Assembly (NCBI GenBank): GCA_963833425.1
Contig: CAWHXP010000008.1
Location: forward strand, 180,578 to 244,577
Length of the DNA stretch: 64,000 nucleotides
Source of the DNA: an uncultured Methanosarcinaceae archaeon
Lineage (GTDB): Archaea; Halobacteriota; Methanosarcinia; Methanosarcinales; Methanosarcinaceae
Direction of reading: 5' to 3'
In this document: positions 57,478-64,000 of the stretch, one piece after another
Position numbering within the stretch: position 1 is the stretch's first letter
How the letters are laid out: each line of letters begins with the position of its first letter
The notes under the pieces: generated by a model
The model's database searches: none
Told to the model about the DNA's origin: nothing
Seen by the model: only the letters and a program-made list of their open reading frames with translations
Program-made: the position numbers and the translations under genes

Positions 57478-58266
57478 TAATTTTCTTATTATTTATATCT
57501 ATTTGACAGTATTTGCTTGAAAATACTATTGATTTTTCGGCTCAACACCTTATTTGAAACACATATGTAGACTTTTGCCTGTTTGTCCATTATTATTCGT
57601 TGAAAATTATATTACCTTTTAAGCGACTTTCATATTGAGAAAATAGATTGTATTTTTGTATTCATCTATAGAAAGGTGTCGAAGTTATTAATTTTTAAAC
57701 TTGAGTATATATGTATCTAGATCTGCCAATATATTCGATAAATAAATAAAAAAATTATAAGTTTGCAGATATTTTGCACTTTCTAGATATTTATATTCAA
57801 GCTTACTTACTCAAAAATCAATAGGAGCTACAGGGGAAAAAGGATCCGTTCTGGAAGTTTTGGTAGCTCCAGCTACAATTAAACCACATAATAAAAATAA
57901 GTAGGGAAGAACAATCTACTATAATAGTGTAAGCAAAATAAGGAAATCATTCATTTCATAAATCACCTAACTGGTTCTGGTGCAAAAATAATATTTCTGC
58001 AGTTTTATAATTATTCACTTTGTGCATCAGTTTTCCGGTGATGAGAATAATTAACTTTCCTAATTGTGAATGTTTACACTGATTTTTCAACAAAGTCAGA
58101 TTCTTTGGTGTCACTGCAAACAGCACGATATGTGATGCCAGCTATAATTGCTATTGCTCTTTCCAACGGATAGACACTTTTACTCATATATTCTAAAATT
58201 TCAGGATTTTTAGAACCTGTTTGTTTTGCCATGTGACAAAAAATTTATCGTTTGGACTCCTTGCGG

Positions 58267-58494
58267 TCATGCCAGCATCTCTCCATTGGTGTTAGGTGTT
58301 GAGCCCCTAGTTCCTTCAGAGTTTTGACAGGCCTGTGGAACTGGGGTTATTCTTAAGCTTCCGTCTTCAAACATTTCTATGTTCACACGGCTACTCTGAA
58401 CGAGTTTTGCGTTCTTTGCCCAAATCACAGGCAAAGGGCACATATAACTATATGCGGTTTTTTGAATTTTACGTTTACCGAATAAAATATTCAT
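58267..58494 (-). CDS. AbrB/MazE-like swapped-hairpin DNA-binding protein
   Basis: RKIQKTAYSYMCPLPVIWAK..L....VNIEMFEDGSLRITP. Confidence 0.7.
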   Translation of the reverse strand: MNILFGKRKIQKTAYSYMCPLPVIWAKNAKLVQSSRVNIEMFEDGSLRITPVPQACQNSEGTRGSTPNTNGEMLA

Positions 58495-58665
58495 TTGAAT
58501 CATCATTAAAATATACACTTTATAACTATAAAAAGTATTTTTGTAGATTTTGAAAATAAAATACATATATGTGATTAATTCTAAATTAATACATACTTAA
58601 TTTTACTAATTATTAAAAACTATTATGAAACATATACTTTAAATATTCTCAGATATATCATATAT

Positions 58666-59918
58666 ATGGCTCTAAAGGAAAGAGCATTACCTAAAAACGG
58701 ACCCAAAGACACTATTATAGAATTCATTTTAGAAAATGATGAGGCGGTAAAAGGGTCTCAAATTAGAGAACATTTAAAGAAAAAAAATCCAAAAGTGGAT
58801 CAGGGAAACGTTAATAGGGATTTACATGAGTTGCAGGGTGATTATGAATGTATCCAATTCGAAACTGGTAAAATAGGTCGGCGCAAGTATAATTTATGGA
58901 ATAAACAAAGATTGAACATTTAAAAAAAATTAGAGAATATTTTAAAAATATTAAATTAAACAAATACCAAAAATCCTTAGAAATAATCAGTGACAATCAT
59001 AGGGTTAGAGATGATCTAAATTTAATAGAAGATGATCTTGACAAAATATACCGTCTTCAGTTGTTCGCATCACTTTCCTTTTTTGATTTGTGCTTAAAAA
59101 ACGATATTGAAACTTTATATAACAAATCTGAAGAAATTTTGAATTTATCCAGAAGTGGTATTTACTGGAATGAAATATCATATATAGACCCACCTAAGGA
59201 TCTTTTATACTTAACTCATGGAAAAAATTGAAATGGAGCCTAATATTTGGCTGGATGTTTACAATGAATTCATAAACCATTCTCTGAAATCAGAGATTCA
59301 TCAAAAATCTTTTAAATTTTCTGAAGATCTCAAAATATCAGAAAAAATATTTAAGAAAATAATACTAGAAGCACTGACAAAAAAATATGAAGAACTAAAA
59401 GAAGAATCGTACAAAAAATAATTAAATATATTTCAAATAAGATAGCATCTGAGATAGTAACTAAAAAAATATCTGAAAATGAAAAGAAACATATCGGATA
59501 TATTAAAGGAACTAATGGAATACTAGTCGAACAACTAGAAAACATGACTAAAAAACTATCTGAGAATATATTTAACAGAGCCTTACTATTACTCGAAAAA
59601 TATTGGGAAATGCAACTTTTTGATATATTGCATATCCCATATTTAGATAATTTAAAAAAAGTAAGAAATTTTACGATGCTTTTCGACCACTGCTTTGAAG
59701 ACGATATTTTGGAAGGTAGTGTTTCTAGCGAAGAAATAGAATTTGTGAAAGCAGGACAAAAATTTTATGAGAGATTACATATTGACGACCAGAATTTGTC
59801 AGAAGGTTATGTACCAGAGTATTGTCCACAGGATGATTGTACTGATTGTCCAGCTAGTCATGAATGTGATTATAAAGAAATTTGTCTAAGTTTCTCAAAA
59901 AAATATGGGCTAAGATAA
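58666..59918 (+). pseudogene. Winged-HTH regulator-like gene split by frameshifts
   Basis: IIEFILEN..IREHLKKK..DQGNVNRDLHEL wHTH; coding continues across shifts near 58905, 59215 and 59415 to the stop at 59918. Confidence 0.7.
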
Positions 59919-59959
59919 GAACTCTTTTAAACCAAAAGCCCATTTTACTAATATATCTA

Positions 59960-61096
59960 TCATTTCCCAGCTTTAAGCATCGTTTCCTTTAGTTTTGAGA
60001 TTTCTTCTAACTCTTGTTTTAAAGTATTTTTCATTTCTCTAATTTCGTCTAAATCTGCAAGTTGCATATAATCGGTTTTTACGGATTCTACAGTTTTTGA
60101 AGCTTCCTGAGTAAGCGGCAGTCCACATTTAAAACAAAATAAAGCATTTTCTGAATTTATTTCTTTGCACCGTGGGCATTTATTAAAAGTAAATTTTTTG
60201 TGAGATTCTTCAGTCTCGATTCCATGCAATTTAAGTATAGCATTATCCACATCTCGCCCTGACATATGCACATATACACTCGCCTTATTACTTGATTTAG
60301 TCCAACCTAAATATTCTTTTAAAAGTTGTTCAGGCAATTGTTCTGCTAAGTGAGTTGCTCTGGCATGTCTAAAAGCATGTGGGTAAACCCTTTTTTGTTG
60401 GATACCTGCTCTACTTGCTACTTTGTGTAGTTGATCTGCAAGTCCTACAAATGTGATAACTCCAAAAGGAGAATTAGTCGAACAGAATAAGTAAGCATCA
60501 AGATCATTTTTTAATGGATGGGTGTCAATCCATTGTTTAAGATAAGATGAAGCTAATACAAGCCTAACGCGTCGAAGTCCTGTTTTTCCTTTTTGGATAT
60601 TGAGGATTGCCCCATTCTCGTCAAAAGTCACATGTTTAAGTTGAACTGTTAGTAATTCCCCCCTTCTAGCTCCACTTTCATAAAAAGTAGCAATTATAGC
60701 CCGATCTCTGTTACTTCGACATGAATCAATTAATTTTTCAATTTCTTCGCGAGTCAAAATATCTTCGGGGATTTTCCCATTTTTTAGCGTCCGCAACTTT
60801 ATTACGGCTCCAAGATCACTATTAATAAAGGTCAAGAATTTTTTCAAAACAGTTCTAATTCGTTGCTGTGTACCAGGTGAGTATTTAACAGCCTTACCAG
60901 CCTTGATGTACGTATAGGCATTTATAAAATCCAGATAATCGTAAACATCGTCTGTAGTAAAATCCTTTAATTCTCGATTTCCACACCATTCTATGAACTT
61001 TATAAGTGTATATTCAGCAGTTGCAATTGTCTCTTCCGTCAGTCCATCTGCTTGACACTTCCTTATATAATCTTTTAAGATCGTTGAATTACTCAT
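59960..61096 (-). CDS. Tyrosine recombinase/integrase with C-terminal Zn ribbon, intact
   Basis: ESGARRGEL, KGKTG, HAFRHARAT, LGW, VYVH catalytic residues; CPRC..CFKC. Confidence 0.95.
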   Translation of the reverse strand: MSNSTILKDYIRKCQADGLTEETIATAEYTLIKFIEWCGNRELKDFTTDDVYDYLDFINAYTYIKAGKAVKYSPGTQQRIRTVLKKFLTFINSDLGAVIKLRTLKNGKIPEDILTREEIEKLIDSCRSNRDRAIIATFYESGARRGELLTVQLKHVTFDENGAILNIQKGKTGLRRVRLVLASSYLKQWIDTHPLKNDLDAYLFCSTNSPFGVITFVGLADQLHKVASRAGIQQKRVYPHAFRHARATHLAEQLPEQLLKEYLGWTKSSNKASVYVHMSGRDVDNAILKLHGIETEESHKKFTFNKCPRCKEINSENALFCFKCGLPLTQEASKTVESVKTDYMQLADLDEIREMKNTLKQELEEISKLKETMLKAGK

Positions 61097-61137
61097 ACTA
61101 ACTTAATAGAATTGACCCTAGATAAACAATATAGGTT

Positions 61138-61225
61138 TTTATGTTGGTTCAGCTCCAACAAAAAGATGTACATGATCACCATCAGTACCAACCACATCAA
61201 ATTCAAAGTACATCTCGTAACCCGT
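61138..61225 (-). pseudogene. IS200/IS605 TnpA (HUH) fragment
   Basis: YFEFDVVGTDGDHVHLFVGAEPT*. Confidence 0.75.
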
Positions 61226-61320
61226 TAAAGACTTCTCAACTGATAGGTTTAATAATATTTACAAATAAACTAAAATATAATTATAGAACTGGATGACAAA
61301 ATACTTCGGAGGATTCTGGC

Positions 61321-63117
61321 TTGGGAAATCATTATTTCATAATCACTGGAGAAGAAGCAGGACCTAGATCAAATAAGATGGGTGGAATATGGAATGTCAT
61401 TGATGGTGAGGCACATACCCTTGCTAAGCTTTTCAATTCTGGCACAGTGGTACCAAAGAATGATACGAAAATTCTTGTTGTAGGCCCTTATTATGGGCAT
61501 AGAGGTGCAGACTGGAACCGGGGTATGAATCGGATTACAAATATGGAAGAGTTTACCCCCCTAAATATCGATGCTGAACTCCAAAAAATTCTAGAATCCC
61601 TTGAGAAGTCAGGTATAAAGGTGTTTACAGGAGAAAAAAGGGTAGGAAAAATTGGAATAGTGTATCTGCAGTTTCAGACTTGCGATTTCGGGAAAATATC
61701 CACAACATACATGGGAAAGGAGATGACACTCGAAAACAAGGTCAAAGCTGAAGCATATGAAATCCTTGGACTTGATTCCTTGAAGTATGAGAGCATGTCA
61801 AATGGTTCAGAATACACTCATTATCTACTCCTTTCTTACGCAATTTCTGAGTTTGCTCGGTTTCTAGTAAGCTCAGTTTCGAAAATTGCTGAGACTGGAA
61901 AGGAAAATATAATCTCAAATAAAATTTTTATATCCTGTGCTGGTGTTTCCCTGCATTGCCATGAATTTGGGGTATTTTATGCGGCAGCCAGACTTAAAAA
62001 ACTTGGTATTCCGGTAGATAGTATTGCGACTCTGCATGCTACTCTTCCTGGAAGAGCTGCAGGATACAATTCCATCCTAAAAAGGAGGAATAATGACAGT
62101 ACGTGGTCTCCTGGAGTACCTGAAAATCTGGCTGCCCTCGAAGCTCTCGCCTTATATGCAGACACAGTTACTGCAGTAGGAGAGTCAACCTTGCAAGAAG
62201 CCAGGCTTTTTTACGGGATTAATGGGATTGTGATCCGAAATGGGATAACTATAGAATCCGACAAAATAGATTGGAATTTGAAAGAACATTGCCTTGAACA
62301 TATTCAAAAATTTCTTTCCGAAAACATGTACAAGTATCATGGAGGGGAAAGGATAAAACCCGAAAAAATAATCCCTATTTTTACAATTTCCCGCACAGAA
62401 GTGGAAAACAAAGGGTATCCTGAACTCCTTGATTCTCTTGTTGCTCTTGATCATATAATAAAGAACAGCATTTTGCAAGGGCATATGGAAGAAGGAATTA
62501 AGGTGGTCTGTTTTCTTATTACTGCAGAAGGTCCCAAGAAAAATCTGCCTGAAGGTTTTCCTATCAATATACCAAAAGAAGTACTTGCAGGAAACGAACT
62601 GAGGATTCAGCAGATGATCGAAGAAAAAGGGTTGGATTTTTCGAAAATGGGACGAGGAAAGTGTTCAGTCGCAGCAGTTCTATATCCTCAGATTCTCTCA
62701 ATATCCGATGGAGGACTTAATATGGGAGTTGGGGATTTTATGGCCGGCTGCTGTGCGGGCATCTTTCCCTCGCGTTATGATCCTTTCCTGCTTACTGGAC
62801 TTGAAGCCGGAAAGGAGGGGACTCCAAGCGTGGTCAGCCGGGTGTGTGGCTTCAGTGATGCCATAAAGGCTGTTGAGCCTTTGGTAGAAGGCTTAGGAGG
62901 TATAATAATCGTAGACAACGTCGATCTTTCCTATTATGAAGCAGTCCTTGATTATGCCCTCGCAGTTAGTTACTTTACGCAAAATTTCATAGATGATAGA
63001 GTTAAGTACAAACTTCTGTGTATGGAAGCATTCCTCCTCGCTAAGGACATGGATTGGGAAGAGCCTACAAAACAATATTATGAACTGATTAACAGTGGAG
63101 CACACTTTTGCAGGTAG
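61321..63117 (+). CDS. Glycogen synthase, GT3-like
   Basis: NKMGGIWNVI, HCHEF, TLHAT..GR, R.EVENKG, FPSRYDPFLLTGLEA; TTG start after GGAGG. Confidence 0.8.
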   Translation: MGNHYFIITGEEAGPRSNKMGGIWNVIDGEAHTLAKLFNSGTVVPKNDTKILVVGPYYGHRGADWNRGMNRITNMEEFTPLNIDAELQKILESLEKSGIKVFTGEKRVGKIGIVYLQFQTCDFGKISTTYMGKEMTLENKVKAEAYEILGLDSLKYESMSNGSEYTHYLLLSYAISEFARFLVSSVSKIAETGKENIISNKIFISCAGVSLHCHEFGVFYAAARLKKLGIPVDSIATLHATLPGRAAGYNSILKRRNNDSTWSPGVPENLAALEALALYADTVTAVGESTLQEARLFYGINGIVIRNGITIESDKIDWNLKEHCLEHIQKFLSENMYKYHGGERIKPEKIIPIFTISRTEVENKGYPELLDSLVALDHIIKNSILQGHMEEGIKVVCFLITAEGPKKNLPEGFPINIPKEVLAGNELRIQQMIEEKGLDFSKMGRGKCSVAAVLYPQILSISDGGLNMGVGDFMAGCCAGIFPSRYDPFLLTGLEAGKEGTPSVVSRVCGFSDAIKAVEPLVEGLGGIIIVDNVDLSYYEAVLDYALAVSYFTQNFIDDRVKYKLLCMEAFLLAKDMDWEEPTKQYYELINSGAHFCR

Positions 63118-63190
63118 TAAAGCGAACCATCTGCTAAAAAAACAATTTTTTTGATATCAATTGGTTCAATACGTTAGAAGGTGATATAGC

Positions 63191-63448
63191 ATGGCAGGAT
63201 TTGAGTTAGACGATTCTGATGTGTATCGAAATACCAAAGTTTTCGATCAACTTTTAAAATTTGCAAAAGAGAATTGTGGAAACGATAAAGCAATTTTTGA
63301 ATATTTCGAAGATTTAGTCGGCATTGATCTTATCGGGTGATTCATATTGGACAAAGATAATGAAATTTCGGTAGGTATAGAACTCACTGAATCCAGTGAC
63401 CATAACTATGACGAAATCATTTTTTACGACAAAAATAGGAGGATATAA
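63191..63448 (+). pseudogene. Short decayed ORF of unknown function
   Basis: RBS AGGTGA, MAGFELDDSDVYRNTKVFDQ..., internal TGA, acidic frame continues. Confidence 0.4.
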
Positions 63449-64000
63449 CAGTATTTTCAGTATGAGAGAGTCCTAGTTGATTTATAACACACGTCCAATA
63501 TACAAAATCTTGGGTCCCTCTAATTTAGGATTCGCGTAGTTAAACTGAGAAATAAATAACTTAAAGTACTGAAAGTAAAATAGAAGATGACTTTGGAAAT
63601 GTTAAAGGGTTTAAAAAAAGAATTTAAATAGCATCATGCATAAAAGATCATTGTTGGCTCGTATATCAAATAAATTTGAGATGTATGGATAAAAAGCCTA
63701 CATATAAATTTATCCCCATATTAGCCAATATTTGTTGATATATATGGGAGGAAATAAGCTTAGGACCTAAGCAAAATAATTTAAGTATAATTATATATTC
63801 GTTTCATAATTCGTAAGGATAAAAATATACCTTTCAAGGTGCAGAGTAATTTGCAACCGCAAAAATAAATAGAATGATTGATATAGAGTCAGAAGCTCCA
63901 TTGCACCTTTTTTAGTATATATAACTCATTAAATTAAATATTCATTTGCACCTTCTGAAATAAGGTAACACGAGGTAGATTCAAGTGTCCATTTTTTTGA

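Overview
AT-rich euryarchaeal chromosome segment, most consistent with a Methanosarcina-type methanogen (inferred from gene set and protein style). Housekeeping genes include cupin PGI, NrpRII, DHH nuclease, P-II, NOG1 GTPase, hisE, homoaconitase/IPMI subunits, carS, pyrE, purD, argF, cca, rps3ae, glycogen synthase, tRNA-Val(CAC) and tRNA-Leu(CAG). They are separated by long spacers full of decay: remnants of IS6, IS5, IS1634 and IS200, several MITEs, two broken and one intact tyrosine recombinase, and pseudogenes of dinB, thiF, yjbQ and others. The most notable items are: (1) a secreted Gly/Tyr/Trp-rich protein with 12-aa Val/Pro repeats and mirror-symmetric cysteines, divergent from a radical SAM/SPASM enzyme; (2) a GC-rich, apparently imported B12-type radical SAM gene resembling archaeal lipid ring/bridge synthases; (3) an orphan gene between IS6 ends; (4) a ~300-bp dispersed repeat in three copies; (5) a compact AbrB/wHTH/integrase element; (6) a RavA/ViaA-like pair. 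No CRISPR array or rRNA was seen. All family assignments come from manual motif recognition, not database searches.
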